A stretch of 64,000 nt of DNA from Camelus dromedarius (lineage: Eukaryota): positions 115,136,001 to 115,200,000 of the forward strand of contig NC_087437.1 of assembly GCF_036321535.1 (NCBI RefSeq), written 5' to 3'. The position numbers and the translations under genes are program-made. Shown piece by piece: positions 63,790 to 64,000 of the stretch. The notes below the pieces were generated by a model that did not search any database, had not been told where the DNA came from, and was given only the letters and a program-made list of their open reading frames with translations. Within the stretch, counting starts at the first letter, position 1. Every line of letters starts with the position of its first letter.

Positions 63790-63928
63790 GGGGGAGGTTA
63801 TAGTTCAGTGGTAGAGCACATGCCTAGCTTGCACAAGGTCCTGGGTTCAATCCCCAGCACCTCCATTAAAGATAAATAAACAAATAAATATCTAATTACC
63901 GCTCCTCTAAAAATATAAAAAATAAAAA
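63790..63928 (+). mobile_element. tRNA-Ala-derived SINE with a perfect 15-bp TSD
   Basis: TSD taaaaacattactta at 63775-63789 and 63929-63943. Confidence 0.95.
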
Positions 63929-64000
63929 TAAAAACATTACTTAATCTTTTTAAACTAGGCACCAGGCACCTATTAGACACATTATACACTTTAAACGTCC

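Larger units (their letters stand above)
40562..64000 (-). other. HLCS: HLCS intron upstream of the exon (continues beyond the window)
   Basis: Ends in a pyrimidine tract plus CAG. The preceding HLCS exon was not seen. Confidence 0.8.

Noticed and set aside
2185..63928. Ten tRNA-Ala(AGC)-like sequences as real tRNA genes
   Set aside because: They have A-rich family tails, TSDs and scattered stem-breaking mutations, so they are SINE copies.
1..64000. CRISPR array, operon or other prokaryote-type novel system
   Set aside because: No regularly spaced repeat-spacer array or gene-dense segment. The window is explained as mammalian intron, repeats and one exon.

Overview
Mammalian genomic DNA, probably from a camelid: it carries ten copies of a tRNA-Ala(AGC)-derived SINE resembling the camelid Vic-1 family, and I recognised no Alu, Bov-A/Bov-B or PRE1. 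The window lies inside the minus-strand HLCS (holocarboxylase synthetase) gene. It contains one recognisable coding exon (40290-40561, 272 bp, canonical AG/GT), flanked by introns of >40 kb and >23 kb that extend past the window. The rest is intronic and rich in decayed repeats: L1M, L2, CR1/L3, MIR, MaLR/ERVL LTRs, hAT-Charlie and Tigger fossils. I found no evidence of a new multi-gene system. The best leads are small structures: a SINE nested antisense in another SINE (a likely pre-mRNA hairpin), a 239-bp pure-purine (AAAAG)n/(AAAGG)n tract, a CpG-rich Z-DNA/NRF1-like patch, CTCF-like and RFX motifs, two related Charlie transposase fossils, and two very small L1 insertions. Repeat subfamily names come from recalled consensus sequences, and repeat boundaries are approximate unless a TSD or TIR is cited.
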